From an uncultured Lachnospiraceae bacterium (GTDB lineage: Bacteria; Bacillota; Clostridia; Lachnospirales; Lachnospiraceae): a stretch of DNA of 64,000 bases. How positions within the stretch are numbered: position 1 is the stretch's first letter; the number at the start of each line of letters is the position of its first letter. This document shows, in pieces, positions 26,220 through 36,250 of this stretch. The position numbers were made by a program, and so were the translations under genes. Where the stretch lies: NCBI GenBank assembly GCA_949481375.1, contig CASYCI010000001.1, forward strand, positions 64,001-128,000, in the 5' to 3' direction. A model generated the notes under the pieces. That model saw only the letters and a list, made by a program, of their open reading frames with translations, made no database searches and was not told where the DNA came from.

Positions 26220-27638
26220 TTATTCTTTTCCATTCCAGCAATAAGTGCATAGCTTACACTTATCAATGCCAACCGCATCCAGCATATCGTCAAGGCGGTT
26301 AAACCGAAGCGAAGTAAAATTCAGTTCTTTGCGGATTTCCTCCACCATTTGTTCATACTTCTCTGATTCTGGATCTGCATATTCCTGAAGAACCTCCTCC
26401 GTAACGGTTTTGCCTTCTAAACGGGCAATCATTCTTCTGGTAATTAAATCCATTTCCGAAGTTGAGCGAGAAAAATTCAAATATTTACAGCTATATAAAA
26501 GAGGAGGGCAGGCAGGGCGGATATGCACTTCTTTCGCTCCGCTTTCATACAAAAATTCTGTCGTTTCCCTTAACTGCGTCCCCCTGACAATGGAATCGTC
26601 AATCAAAAGCAGGCTTTTATCCCGAATCAGCTCCTCCACCGCCAAAAGTTTCATTCTGGCAATCAAATCACGCTGGCTTTGTATCGTCGGCATAAAAGAC
26701 CGCGGCCACGTCGGAGTGTACTTGATAAACGGGCGGGAAAACGGTATTCCAGATTCATTCGCATAGCCAATCGCATGGGCTGTCCCTGAATCTGGAACGC
26801 CTGCGACAATATCCGGCTTTACGCTGTCCCGTTTCGCCATCTTGCTTCCACACGCATACCGCATCTGCTCTACGCTTGTCCCTTCATAGGAGCTTGCGGA
26901 ATACCCATAATAAACCCATAAAAAGGCGCAGACTTTCATTTCTTCTCCGGCTTTTAACAAGGTCTTGCAGCTTTTATCCGTAATCACTGCAACCTCACCC
27001 GCGCCAAGCTCTTTGTAATCTTTATATCCAAGATTCCGGTACGCAAAATTTTCAAAAGAAATGCAGAACGCATCCTCTTTTTTTCCGATTACAACAGGGG
27101 TGCGGCCATATTTATCCCGCGCCGCATAAATCCCTTTTTCGTTCATCAATAAAATTGATACAGAACCGTCTACAGATTCTAACGCATACTGGATTCCTTC
27201 AATCAGGTTTTCCTTCTGGTTAATCAGCGATGCGATCATCTCCGTCGCATTGATGTCCCCGCCGCTCATTTCCAGAAAATGTGAATGTCCCTGTTCAAAC
27301 AACATCTTCGTAAGCTCTTTCATGTTATTAATTTTACTCACCGTGGTAATCGCATATGTGCCATGGTGGGAGCGGACCAATAGCGGCTGTGGCTCATAAT
27401 CCGAAATACAGCCAATTCCCATTCTGCCTGACATTTTCTGAACGTCTTTATCAAACTTCGTGCGGAACGGCGCATTTTCAATATTATGGATCGCCCGATC
27501 AAAGCCGTTCTCCCCATAAACCACCATGCCGCCGCGTTTCGTTCCCAAATGCGAATGGTAATCAATTCCGAAAAATAAATCAAATACACAATCCTGCGTG
27601 GATGCTGCTCCAAAAAATCCTCCCATAATCTGCCTCAT
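26220..27638 (-). CDS. amidophosphoribosyltransferase-like protein (PurF paralog lacking the N-terminal Cys nucleophile)
   Basis: 472 aa. Type I PRTase motif LLLIDDSIVRGTQL. Ntn-glutaminase-like N-domain, but the N-terminus reads MRQIMGGFFG rather than MCG(I/V)FG. Confidence 0.7.
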   Translation of the reverse strand: MRQIMGGFFGAASTQDCVFDLFFGIDYHSHLGTKRGGMVVYGENGFDRAIHNIENAPFRTKFDKDVQKMSGRMGIGCISDYEPQPLLVRSHHGTYAITTVSKINNMKELTKMLFEQGHSHFLEMSGGDINATEMIASLINQKENLIEGIQYALESVDGSVSILLMNEKGIYAARDKYGRTPVVIGKKEDAFCISFENFAYRNLGYKDYKELGAGEVAVITDKSCKTLLKAGEEMKVCAFLWVYYGYSASSYEGTSVEQMRYACGSKMAKRDSVKPDIVAGVPDSGTAHAIGYANESGIPFSRPFIKYTPTWPRSFMPTIQSQRDLIARMKLLAVEELIRDKSLLLIDDSIVRGTQLRETTEFLYESGAKEVHIRPACPPLLYSCKYLNFSRSTSEMDLITRRMIARLEGKTVTEEVLQEYADPESEKYEQMVEEIRKELNFTSLRFNRLDDMLDAVGIDKCKLCTYCWNGKE

Positions 27639-27713
27639 TTCTTTCTTTCACTCGATATTCAGGTAACTTCATGTCTATAATAATCGTTCTAAACGAAAAT
27701 GTAAAGCAGGACA

Positions 27714-27754
27714 TAAAAAAACATTCTGCGAGAAAATACGCAGAATGTTTTTTG
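27714..27754. terminator. bidirectional rho-independent terminator immediately 3' of the ferredoxin gene
   Basis: AACATTCTGCG...CGCAGAATGTT, an 11-bp stem with an A7 run on one side and a T7 run on the other. Confidence 0.65.
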
Positions 27755-27755
27755 T

Positions 27756-27944
27756 TTAATCCTCCGAATGGATTGCATTCACCGGACAGCCTTCTATACA
27801 GGTTTCAACGGAATCTTTGTTTTCTTCCGTCGTCTCCGCAAAACTGACAGCCTTACCGTCATCATCTATTTTGAAAACGTCTGGCTCCGTAGAAGCGCAT
27901 AACCCGCATCCAATGCAAGTGTTTTTGTCTACAACTGCATGCAT
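27756..27944 (-). CDS. 4Fe-4S ferredoxin (single-cluster, ~62 aa)
   Basis: MHAVVDKNTCIGCGLCASTEPDVF...CIEGCPVNAI. RBS AAAGGAGGAAC 7 nt before the ATG at 27944. The longer 114-aa ORF in the track is an upstream read-through artefact. Confidence 0.85.
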   Translation of the reverse strand: MHAVVDKNTCIGCGLCASTEPDVFKIDDDGKAVSFAETTEENKDSVETCIEGCPVNAIHSED

Positions 27945-28002
27945 AAGCGTTCCTCCTTTTTGCTTGTTTCTTACATTTTTCCCAAAAGAAGGAGATTTAT
28001 AC

Positions 28003-29265
28003 CTATGCTTTTCTAATTGCTTTGATAATTGCGCTAATTTTCGGTTTCGTCCCGTACAGCAACACGCCGACACGGTAAATTTTTGCAGAAACCACGCCAA
28101 CGCCGATTACGCTTATGATTAAAACGGCAATCGAAAGCGCAATCTCATAAAACGGAACGGTACTCATCGCAATCCGCGTAAACATCGCCATTGGCGACGT
28201 AAACGGCACATAAGAGCAAATCCGCATCAAAAGGCTGTCTACGCTGCCTCCCTGCATGGAAAACATAACAACTAAAAATCCTGCAACAAAGAGGAGCGTC
28301 AGCGGCATAACTGAAGTGTTAATGTCTTCCACCTTTGAAGCCGTCGACCCAATCGCGCCAAATAAGAATGCGTAAATAAAGAATCCCAGCACAAAGAAAA
28401 TCAGCATATAAATAAGCAAATCAGCCGGCATTCCAAACACCGACTCAATGATCATACTGTCACCCCAATACGATTTGTTCATGCTATAGAATATAATTGC
28501 CGAGCCAAACACGGCCAAAAGCTGGATAAATCCAGCCAGACAGGACGCTATGACTTTCCCGAACATCATGTTTACCGGCTTTGCGCTTGTAATCAAAAGC
28601 TCCATCGCCCTTGAGCTTTTTTCCGTCGCAACATTTGTCGCCACCATCTGCCCATAGAGAAGGATTACCATATACAACGCAAAAATCATAATATAAGTAT
28701 AGAAGAAATTTTTCATCTGATCCTTGCCAAGGCTCTCCGTTTCATGCGTAACCGGCGCCGTAAGGGCTGCGCCCGCTTCTTCATATGTCATGCCGGACGC
28801 TGTCAGCGTTTCTATGCCATGGACAGTGGAAAAGATTTCATCGGCAATCTCTGTATTCCTGTCATATAAAGAAAGGTTATTGACGTAATAAGTATATGAC
28901 AACGTCCCATTCATCACAAATGCGCACTCCGCTTCCCCCGAAACCACTTTTTCCTTTATCTGCTCTATGCCGTCTTCCGTTAAGCAAACCGCATAATCCG
29001 TAAACGCCTGATCCAGCGCCTGACGGATTGCCTCAGCATTTTCCGTTCCCGCGCCGCCCGTGGAAAATAATATCATTCCTTCAATCGAGCTTCCTGTTTC
29101 CGCCGTTTCCGTCTGCGTCTCTTTCCCTTCTATGCTTTCCTTTATCCTTGGGAAAAACATCACGGCCGCAATCGCCGCCGCCAGAAATAACGTAATCCCT
29201 ACAAATACTTTATTTTTAAAATAGCTGTTTAATTCGAATTTCAAAATCGTCCCAAACTGCTTCAT
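28003..29265 (-). CDS. ABC-2 family transporter permease
   Basis: 420 aa. N-terminal TM, large extracytoplasmic domain, then 5 C-terminal TMs. Sits downstream of the ABC ATPase. Confidence 0.8.
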   Translation of the reverse strand: MKQFGTILKFELNSYFKNKVFVGITLFLAAAIAAVMFFPRIKESIEGKETQTETAETGSSIEGMILFSTGGAGTENAEAIRQALDQAFTDYAVCLTEDGIEQIKEKVVSGEAECAFVMNGTLSYTYYVNNLSLYDRNTEIADEIFSTVHGIETLTASGMTYEEAGAALTAPVTHETESLGKDQMKNFFYTYIMIFALYMVILLYGQMVATNVATEKSSRAMELLITSAKPVNMMFGKVIASCLAGFIQLLAVFGSAIIFYSMNKSYWGDSMIIESVFGMPADLLIYMLIFFVLGFFIYAFLFGAIGSTASKVEDINTSVMPLTLLFVAGFLVVMFSMQGGSVDSLLMRICSYVPFTSPMAMFTRIAMSTVPFYEIALSIAVLIISVIGVGVVSAKIYRVGVLLYGTKPKISAIIKAIRKA

Positions 29266-29295
29266 CGTTTTTCTCCTTCCATAAATAATATGCCA

Positions 29296-30186
29296 TTAGA
29301 CATGATCTCCGGCATGCTCGACAAAAATGTCATTCAGCGACGGCTCAAACACTTTGATTTCATCAATATCATACGCTTCCGTCAGACGCTTCATCATTTC
29401 CTGTTTCTGCCCTTCCGACTTCAACTGAATGAGCAGGCTTCCATCTTCTTTTTTCGTACAGCAAGCCCCTAACTCTGTAAGAATCTCACCTGCCTGATCG
29501 GAACGCGCCACCAGCTTATCACGCACATAATTCCGCTTTATTTCATTAATGTCTCCTTGTATTGCTACGCTTCCATTGTTTAAGATCGCAATTCTGTCAC
29601 AAAATTCCTCAATATAGTTCATTTGATGACTTGAAAAAAGCACAATTTTTCCATTTGCAATTTCTTCTTTCACCACATCTTTTAACAGCATGGCATTGAC
29701 CGGATCTAATCCGGAAAACGGTTCATCTAAAATTACAATGTCTGGATTATGGGCAAGCGCCGTAATAAGCTGTATTTTCTGCTGGTTTCCTTTTGAAAGC
29801 GTATCAAGGCGTTTGTCCCGGTGTTCCATCATATCAAGCCGGTCAAGCCAATAATCGATCGCTTTCACCGCTTCACTGCTTTTCATTCCATGCAGTTCGG
29901 CAAAATAGCGCAACTGGTCGATGATTTTTTTCTTCGGGTACAGCCCGCGTTCTTCCGGCAGATAACCAATTTTAATTGCTTGATAATTTACCGGCGCGCC
30001 ATCAATCGTCACTTTCCCGCCATCTGCGGAAAACACATCCATTAAAATACGGATTGTCGTCGTTTTTCCCGCCCCGTTCCTTCCCAGCAGACCAAATGCC
30101 TTGCCGCTGACCGCGGAAAACGAAATGCCTTTGAGCACTTCTTTTTCCCCAAAACTTTTCTGAATGTCTTTTAATTCCAGTTTCAT
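29296..30186 (-). CDS. ABC transporter ATP-binding protein
   Basis: Walker A GRNGAGKTT, signature LSKGNQQK, Walker B ILDEP. Confidence 0.9.
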   Translation of the reverse strand: MKLELKDIQKSFGEKEVLKGISFSAVSGKAFGLLGRNGAGKTTTIRILMDVFSADGGKVTIDGAPVNYQAIKIGYLPEERGLYPKKKIIDQLRYFAELHGMKSSEAVKAIDYWLDRLDMMEHRDKRLDTLSKGNQQKIQLITALAHNPDIVILDEPFSGLDPVNAMLLKDVVKEEIANGKIVLFSSHQMNYIEEFCDRIAILNNGSVAIQGDINEIKRNYVRDKLVARSDQAGEILTELGACCTKKEDGSLLIQLKSEGQKQEMMKRLTEAYDIDEIKVFEPSLNDIFVEHAGDHV

Positions 30187-31157
30187 AGTTTTTCCACCGC
30201 CATCTCTTTTTTATTATTTTTTAACAGAAACAGCATGGCTGCTATTCCTGCCATTAGCACAATCGTCACTGCAAGGCCGCCCTCCAGCCCAAACGCCCCG
30301 CCATGAAATATCTCCATGCCTTCCGGCGTTGAAGCCGAAAAAACACTGCATCTTGAATCCATGCCGCTGACTTTAATTCCATACACATTTCCCTGCGTCA
30401 GATTCCAAACGGAATGCAGGGCGCCAATCAGCCAGATATTATTTGTCTGGATAAAACAAACGGATGCAAAAATGCCAAACAATATTAAATTTATAACCGC
30501 CAATGGCGAAATTCCGGGATTAAACAGATGCATGGCCGCAAATGCTGTGGCATTAATGACAGCCGCGGCCGCCATAGGATAGCGCCGCCCCAAAGACACC
30601 ATAAAATACCCGCGGCATAAAACTTCCTCAGCCATTCCCTGAACCATATAGCCGGCCGCTATGAACAGGAATGCCGGAAACGCAAACCGTTCGGGCGAAT
30701 ATGTAAGTTTTAATGAACCCGTTAAAACGCAAATTAACACTGCTGCGGAAAACATAAGAAAGCCAAGCAAAAGACCTTTCAGATATGCAGATGCAAAGCC
30801 CTTTTTGACAAAGCCTAAAGATGAAAGCCTCCTTTTTTGGATAAACTTACAGAACAGAAAAACAATGGCCGTCATAACAGCCGTTACAAACAAGGAGAGG
30901 ATAAGACTTACGTCTCCACTGATTGCATTTTCGGAAGCTTCTATAATAAAATCCGGATTGCCGGATTTTAAAGCCGACAAATAAGTTTTGTCCCTCATCA
31001 AAAGCATTGCCTGAATCGGGAGCATAAGCAGCATTTCTCCAATCATACAGACAAAAAACACCGCAATAAAAATGACAATTTCCAACGCCCAATGCAGCCC
31101 CTTCTGCGAGGCCTTCGCCTGCTGCACTGCCGCCGGGGCGTTCAATAATGGTTCCAT
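30183..31157 (-). CDS. CPBP-family intramembrane metalloprotease (CAAX protease / Abi family)
   Basis: EEVLCRGY and FAAMH...HSVWN motifs. Multi-TM. 4-bp overlap with the ABC ATPase gene. Confidence 0.85.
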   Translation of the reverse strand: MEPLLNAPAAVQQAKASQKGLHWALEIVIFIAVFFVCMIGEMLLMLPIQAMLLMRDKTYLSALKSGNPDFIIEASENAISGDVSLILSLFVTAVMTAIVFLFCKFIQKRRLSSLGFVKKGFASAYLKGLLLGFLMFSAAVLICVLTGSLKLTYSPERFAFPAFLFIAAGYMVQGMAEEVLCRGYFMVSLGRRYPMAAAAVINATAFAAMHLFNPGISPLAVINLILFGIFASVCFIQTNNIWLIGALHSVWNLTQGNVYGIKVSGMDSRCSVFSASTPEGMEIFHGGAFGLEGGLAVTIVLMAGIAAMLFLLKNNKKEMAVEKL

Positions 31158-31182
31158 TCTTTTTCCTCCTTAAATCTTATCA

Positions 31183-31211
31183 ATTATACCATAGCCCTAT
31201 ATCACACGCAA
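31183..31211 (-). promoter_or_regulatory. sigma-A type promoter of the CPBP-ABC-permease-ferredoxin operon
   Basis: Minus strand TTGCGT-N17-TGGTATAAT (extended -10), followed by GGAGG and the CPBP ATG. Confidence 0.5.
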
Positions 31212-31215
31212 GAAA

Positions 31216-31241
31216 GGGAATCTTAAGATTTCCTTAATCCC
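31216..31241. repeat. solo 26-bp motif resembling the conserved arm of the structured repeat elements
   Basis: Minus strand GGGATTAAGGAAATCTTAAGATTCCC versus element C arm GGGATTTAGGAGTTCTTAAGTATCCC. Lies immediately upstream of the -35 of the CPBP operon promoter. Confidence 0.45.
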
Positions 31242-31333
31242 GTATTTCTTTGGATTCCGTTTCTCCCGACAGGCATATATTTGCTTTCCTCCCGTTTCTC
31301 TGTCCCCAGTCAGAAAATTGCCGCCGCAGATTA

Positions 31334-31374
31334 GAAAAGAATGGATTGAACCTTACGCCCAATCCATTCTTTTC
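31334..31374 (-). terminator. rho-independent terminator at the end of the fab operon
   Basis: GAAAAGAATGGATTG...CAATCCATTCTTTTC, a 14-bp stem just 3' of the MarR gene stop. Confidence 0.6.
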
Positions 31375-31380
31375 AGACAA

Positions 31381-31887
31381 TTACCGTTTATAAATTTGAT
31401 GAAAATAATCATTTAATTTTGCCAGCGCATATATAAGCACTGTCGTTTCATGCTCGCTGATTCCGTCTTTTATTTTGGAAATCATATTCCTATGAAACCT
31501 TTCATGGTGAAAAAAAGCGTTTCTGCCTTTTTCAGTCAGGGACACAAACATCACCCGCTTATCCTTCGTCCCACGGTTTCGGAATACATATCCTTTTTCA
31601 GAAAGCCCGTCCATAGATTTCGTTAGCGTACCTGTCGTGACAGACATTAATTTCGCAATCATGGACATACTCTTTGGCTCAGTGATCCCGACTGCTTCTA
31701 TGACGTGCATATCATTCACGCTTATATCTTTAAATTCTGGCGTAATCAAAAATTTTTCTTCTATTTCTACAATATTTTTAAATAATTTTACCAGCAATTC
31801 ATTTAAAACCCCATCTGTATCCCGTCTGCAGTCTGTCCTCATTTCTTCCTCCATGTCCGTCACCAAACCAATACGCACGCTCCCCAC
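31381..31887 (-). CDS. MarR-family transcriptional regulator (FabT-like, last gene of fab cluster)
   Basis: Winged-helix MarR core. The track start is GTG at 31887; ATG at 31855 (MEEEMRTD) is equally plausible and avoids overlap with fabH. Confidence 0.8.
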   Translation of the reverse strand: MGSVRIGLVTDMEEEMRTDCRRDTDGVLNELLVKLFKNIVEIEEKFLITPEFKDISVNDMHVIEAVGITEPKSMSMIAKLMSVTTGTLTKSMDGLSEKGYVFRNRGTKDKRVMFVSLTEKGRNAFFHHERFHRNMISKIKDGISEHETTVLIYALAKLNDYFHQIYKR

Positions 31888-32825
31888 GACAGGCCCGCGC
31901 CAAACCCTGCAAGAACAATTTTATCTCCTTTTTTCAGCATCCCTTTCTGATTTACCGCATCTAAAAGAACTGGAACACTGCCTGCCGAAATGTTTCCGCA
32001 AGTTTCCAGATTAACCGGAAATTTCTCTATCGGAACTTTCAGACGCTTTGAAACGGACTCTATAATCCGCATATTTGCCTGATGCAGTACAAACAAGTCA
32101 ATGTCTTCTATCAAAAGACCTGCCTTGTTCACTGCCTCTAAAATCGCTTTCGGCACTGTACGGACTGCAAATTTATATACTTCCTGCCCATTCATGGATA
32201 CATAAGAAACTTCTGTGGCGCCTTTTACATATGGGTTATGGTTTTCTCTGTTTTTGCAGAAAAGCGCCTCTCCTTTTGCCCCGTCAGAACCAGAGACGCT
32301 GCTAAGGATTCCCGGCGTCTCTGAGCCCTGAATCACTGCCGCGCCCGCGCCGTCCCCAAACAAGACACAAGTGGATCGGTCATTCCAGTCCACCATTTTA
32401 GATAAAATTTCACCGCCTACGATAAGGATCTTTTGGCATTGCCCACAGCGGATATACGCATCCGCCGTCTGTAACGCAAATAGAAAACCGGAACACGCCG
32501 CGTTAATGTCAAAAGCGACTGCATTTTTCGCGCCAAGTTCCCGCTGGAGTTCGCAGGAGAGTGACGGCAAAATATTATCCGCTGAAAGCGTCGCCGCTAT
32601 TATCATATCCAATTCTTCTGATTGGACTCCGGCTTCCTGTAATGCCTGACTTGCCGCCTGCGCCGCTAACTGCGTAAGGGTTTCCTCTACTGCAAGATGC
32701 CTTGCGCCGATTCCTGTCCGGCTCTTAATCCATTCATCTGAAGTATCCATGATTTTGCTTAAATCATCATTGGTCACTTCCCGCTTTGGAAGCGCACTTC
32801 CTGTTCCACATATTCTGCTTCTCAT
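31860..32825 (-). CDS. fabH: 3-oxoacyl-ACP synthase III
   Basis: 321 aa. GTGSALP N-terminus, active-site Cys context AACSGF, His/Asn motifs HQANMRII...GNISAGSVP. Confidence 0.9.
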   Translation of the reverse strand: MRSRICGTGSALPKREVTNDDLSKIMDTSDEWIKSRTGIGARHLAVEETLTQLAAQAASQALQEAGVQSEELDMIIAATLSADNILPSLSCELQRELGAKNAVAFDINAACSGFLFALQTADAYIRCGQCQKILIVGGEILSKMVDWNDRSTCVLFGDGAGAAVIQGSETPGILSSVSGSDGAKGEALFCKNRENHNPYVKGATEVSYVSMNGQEVYKFAVRTVPKAILEAVNKAGLLIEDIDLFVLHQANMRIIESVSKRLKVPIEKFPVNLETCGNISAGSVPVLLDAVNQKGMLKKGDKIVLAGFGAGLSWGACVLVW

Positions 32826-32867
32826 CTGCTTTCCCTCTAACCTGCCGTTTTTCGTTTTTTCTATTGG

Positions 32868-34562
32868 TTAAAACGCGCGGAAACGCTGATAACGGGCTTC
32901 TGCCAGCTCTGTTCCGCTCATTTTGCCGCTCTGTTCTAAAAATTCCCTGATATGATATTTGATAAACATTGAAATATCATGCAGTGAATCCTGATCCGCT
33001 TTTCCAAATTCCGGAATAATTTTCTCAATGACTTTCAAGCGGTACAAATCCTGAGCCGTAATCTTCATAACTTCCGCCGCTTCCTTTGCGCGTTTTCCGT
33101 CTTTCCAAAGAATCGATGCAAACCCTTCTGGCGACAAAATGGAATAGGTTGCATTTTCCATCATCCAGACTTCATTGCCGACTGCCAGCGCAAGCGCGCC
33201 GCCGCTGCCGCCTTCTCCAATCATCAGACATAAAACCGGAACTTTTAAATCAGACATTTCATACAGGTTCCTTGCAATCGCTTCTCCCTGCCCGCATTCT
33301 TCCGCTTCCATGCCGCAGAATGCGCCGGACGTATTGACAAATGTAATCACCGGACGGTGGAATTTCTCCGCCTGTTTCATCAGCCTGAGCGCTTTGCGGT
33401 ACCCCTCCGGAGAAGGCATCCCATAGTTGCGGTTTACGCAGTCTTTTAAATCCCTGCCTTTATGTACGCCAATTACTGTTACCGGCTGCCCGTCAAGATT
33501 TGCAATGCCGCCTACCACCGCCGGATCATCTCTGTAACAGCGGTCTCCATGCAGCTCTATAAACCCGTCAAATATTTCTTCTATATAATCCACGGAAGCC
33601 AGACGGCTTGTATTCCTTGCCGCTTTTACTTTCTCCCATGCGCTAAAACTCTTACTCTTTGCGCTGCGTTCCTTCATCAGTTCACTTGGCTCAAACTTAA
33701 AATCCGTCGCCGGCATAAAGTTCGCATAGCCTTCTTTTACCGTGTGCATTTTCAGAAGCTTATACAGCGTTTTCTTTAAATCTTTTCTCTCTACAATCGC
33801 ATCCGCAAAACCATGTTCCAACTGAAATTCCGCCCTCTGGAACCCTTCTGGGAGCTTCTGCCCAATGGTCTGCTCTATGACGCGCGGTCCGGCAAACCCA
33901 ATCAGCGCCCCCGGTTCCGCCAGAATAATATCGCCTAACATAGCAAAACTTGCCGTTACGCCTCCAGTCGTCGGGTCCGTCAGCACCGGAATATACAAAA
34001 GCCCTGCGTCCGAATGTTTCTTCAGCGCCGCTGATGTTTTCGCCATCTGCATCAGGGAAATAATCCCCTCTTGCATCCTAGCTCCGCCCGAACAGCAGAA
34101 TAAAACCACGGGAAGCCTGAGCGCAGTCGCTTTTTCCACGGCTGACGCAATTTTTTCGCCTACCACATGCCCCATGCTGCCCATTAAAAACCTTGCATCG
34201 CAAATGCCAAGCGCAACCGGCTCTCCATAAATTTTCGCCTCGCCAACCGTCACTCCTTCACGAAGTCCCGTTTTTTCCTGAGCCGCTTCGATTTTTTCAT
34301 GGTAATCCGGAAAATCCAGCGGGTTTTTTGATTCCATTTCGTCAAACCATGGCGTAAAGCTTTTAGCGTCCGCTACCATTTTGATCCGGTTTGAGGTGCG
34401 CACCCTGAAATAAGCGCCGCATTCATAGCAGACATATTTATTCTCTACCACTTTGGATTTGTCCAGATCATTTTTACAGGACGGACAGACAATAAGATTT
34501 GGATTTTCCGTCTCTTTCTCTTTTACCGGAGCGTTCTTTCTTTTCTTAAAAATTGATGCCAT
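32868..34562 (-). CDS. accDA: acetyl-CoA carboxylase carboxyltransferase, fused beta (AccD) + alpha (AccA) subunits
   Basis: 564 aa. N-terminal Zn-ribbon CPSCKN...CYECG (AccD). C-terminal AccA region [31 protein letters not shown]. Confidence 0.85.
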   Translation of the reverse strand: MASIFKKRKNAPVKEKETENPNLIVCPSCKNDLDKSKVVENKYVCYECGAYFRVRTSNRIKMVADAKSFTPWFDEMESKNPLDFPDYHEKIEAAQEKTGLREGVTVGEAKIYGEPVALGICDARFLMGSMGHVVGEKIASAVEKATALRLPVVLFCCSGGARMQEGIISLMQMAKTSAALKKHSDAGLLYIPVLTDPTTGGVTASFAMLGDIILAEPGALIGFAGPRVIEQTIGQKLPEGFQRAEFQLEHGFADAIVERKDLKKTLYKLLKMHTVKEGYANFMPATDFKFEPSELMKERSAKSKSFSAWEKVKAARNTSRLASVDYIEEIFDGFIELHGDRCYRDDPAVVGGIANLDGQPVTVIGVHKGRDLKDCVNRNYGMPSPEGYRKALRLMKQAEKFHRPVITFVNTSGAFCGMEAEECGQGEAIARNLYEMSDLKVPVLCLMIGEGGSGGALALAVGNEVWMMENATYSILSPEGFASILWKDGKRAKEAAEVMKITAQDLYRLKVIEKIIPEFGKADQDSLHDISMFIKYHIREFLEQSGKMSGTELAEARYQRFRAF

Positions 34563-34564
34563 AT

Positions 34565-35002
34565 TTATTCCCCATTTCCGATTGCAAATGTCAATTCCGC
34601 AGACGCCACAAGGGCGCCGTCCACTTTTGCCGTTCCTTTTCCTACTCCTATCGGCCCTTTTTCCTTTATAATTTCAAGTTCAAGCGTTAAAACGTCGCCC
34701 GGTTTTACTTTCTTTTTAAATTTTGCGTTCTGTATGCCTGCAAAATACGCCGTTTTTCCTTCTTGCCCCGGCTTACTTAAAATCGCGACGGCGCCCGCCT
34801 GCGCCATTGCTTCTATAATTAAAACCCCCGGCATAACAGGTTCGTTTGGAAAATGCCCTGCAAAATACGGCTCGTTAAAACTAACGCATTTTTTCCCAAC
34901 CGCCCGTTTGCCCGCTTCTAGCTCCTCTATCGTGTCTATCAAAAGAAACGGCTGCCTGTGCGGGATAATTTCCATAATCTGTTTCGTGTTTAATAATGCC
35001 AT
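34565..35002 (-). CDS. fabZ: 3-hydroxyacyl-ACP dehydratase
   Basis: 145 aa. [10 protein letters not shown]...[19 protein letters not shown] hot-dog fold motifs. Confidence 0.9.
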   Translation of the reverse strand: MALLNTKQIMEIIPHRQPFLLIDTIEELEAGKRAVGKKCVSFNEPYFAGHFPNEPVMPGVLIIEAMAQAGAVAILSKPGQEGKTAYFAGIQNAKFKKKVKPGDVLTLELEIIKEKGPIGVGKGTAKVDGALVASAELTFAIGNGE

Positions 35003-35004
35003 TT

Positions 35005-36240
35005 TTACTCCTTATACTTTGCCAGAAGAATGCTTGCATTGTGGCCGCCAAACCCAAGGGAATTACTGAGCGCATACGAATAATCGCCCGTTGCCGCTTC
35101 CTTACAGTAATCCAAATCCATTTCTTCATCTGGCTTGGAATAACCAACCGTGCGATGCAGATACCCTTCTTCTAACTCTTTCACACAAGTGACAAATTCA
35201 ATCGCCCCTGCCGCCCCTAACAGATGGCCCACCATCGACTTCGTGGAATTGATTCTTAATTTTTTTGCATGTTCCCCAAACGCAAGCTTTATCGCCCTTG
35301 TTTCAAACAAGTCATTGTGATGCGTTCCCGTCCCATGCGCATTAATATAAGGAATATCTTCCGGCTTTAACCCGGCGTCGGCAATCGCATTCGTCATCGC
35401 CCTTGCCGCCCCTGCCCCGCTTTCTTCCGGAGAAGTAATATGATATGCATCAGACGAACAGCCATAGCCAACGACTTCCGCATAAATTTTGGCTCCTCTC
35501 GCCTTTGCATGTTCCAATTCTTCCAAAATCACAACTGCCGCGCCCTCTCCCATCACAAAGCCGCTTCTGTCCTTATCAAACGGCAGAGAACATTTTTTCG
35601 GATCGTCCACGGCAGATAACGCCGTCAATGCCGTAAATCCCGCAATTCCTATCGGCGTAATACAGCTTTCCGTCCCGCCTGCCGCCATCACATCTGCTTC
35701 GCCATACGCAACTGCGCGGAACGCTTCCCCAATCGTATTCGTCCCCGTGGCGCATGCCGTTACGGAGTTAATGCTCTTTCCTTTTAAGCCAAACTGAATG
35801 GAAACGTTTCCTGCCGCCATATTTCCTATCATCATCGGCACAAACAGCGGATTCACCCGGTTTGGCCCTTTTTCCATCAATTTTTTATGCTCCCGCTCGA
35901 TTGCCTGCAGGCTTCCTATGCCGGAACCAATCGCAGTCCCTACCCGATAGGGGTCTTCCTTTTCCATCTCAATCCCAGAATCACAAAGCGCTTCTTTTGC
36001 CGCCGCAACTGCGTACTGCGAAAATAATTCCATGCGTTTTGCCGCTTTTGCATCCATAAAGTTTTTGCCTTCAAAACCTTTTACTTCCGCCGCTATGCGG
36101 CACTTATATTCCGACGCATCGAATTTTGTAATTGGCGCAAAGCCAATTTCCCCAGCCTGAACTGACTGCCAAAATTCCTCTATGTTTAGCCCAATCGGGG
36201 TAATCGCCCCCATGCCTGTTACCACAACTCTTCTGCCCAT
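35005..36240 (-). CDS. fabF: 3-oxoacyl-ACP synthase II
   Basis: [15 protein letters not shown]-terminus; start at ATG 36240 with GGAGGAAATC upstream. Active-site Cys TACATG, His motifs HGTGT and GHLLGAAG. Confidence 0.9.
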   Translation of the reverse strand: MGRRVVVTGMGAITPIGLNIEEFWQSVQAGEIGFAPITKFDASEYKCRIAAEVKGFEGKNFMDAKAAKRMELFSQYAVAAAKEALCDSGIEMEKEDPYRVGTAIGSGIGSLQAIEREHKKLMEKGPNRVNPLFVPMMIGNMAAGNVSIQFGLKGKSINSVTACATGTNTIGEAFRAVAYGEADVMAAGGTESCITPIGIAGFTALTALSAVDDPKKCSLPFDKDRSGFVMGEGAAVVILEELEHAKARGAKIYAEVVGYGCSSDAYHITSPEESGAGAARAMTNAIADAGLKPEDIPYINAHGTGTHHNDLFETRAIKLAFGEHAKKLRINSTKSMVGHLLGAAGAIEFVTCVKELEEGYLHRTVGYSKPDEEMDLDYCKEAATGDYSYALSNSLGFGGHNASILLAKYKE

Positions 36241-36250
36241 GATTTCCTCC

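Noticed and set aside
27639-27755. Purine riboswitch upstream of the PurF-like gene
   Set aside because: The region is occupied by the ferredoxin terminator. No three-way-junction aptamer pattern is present.
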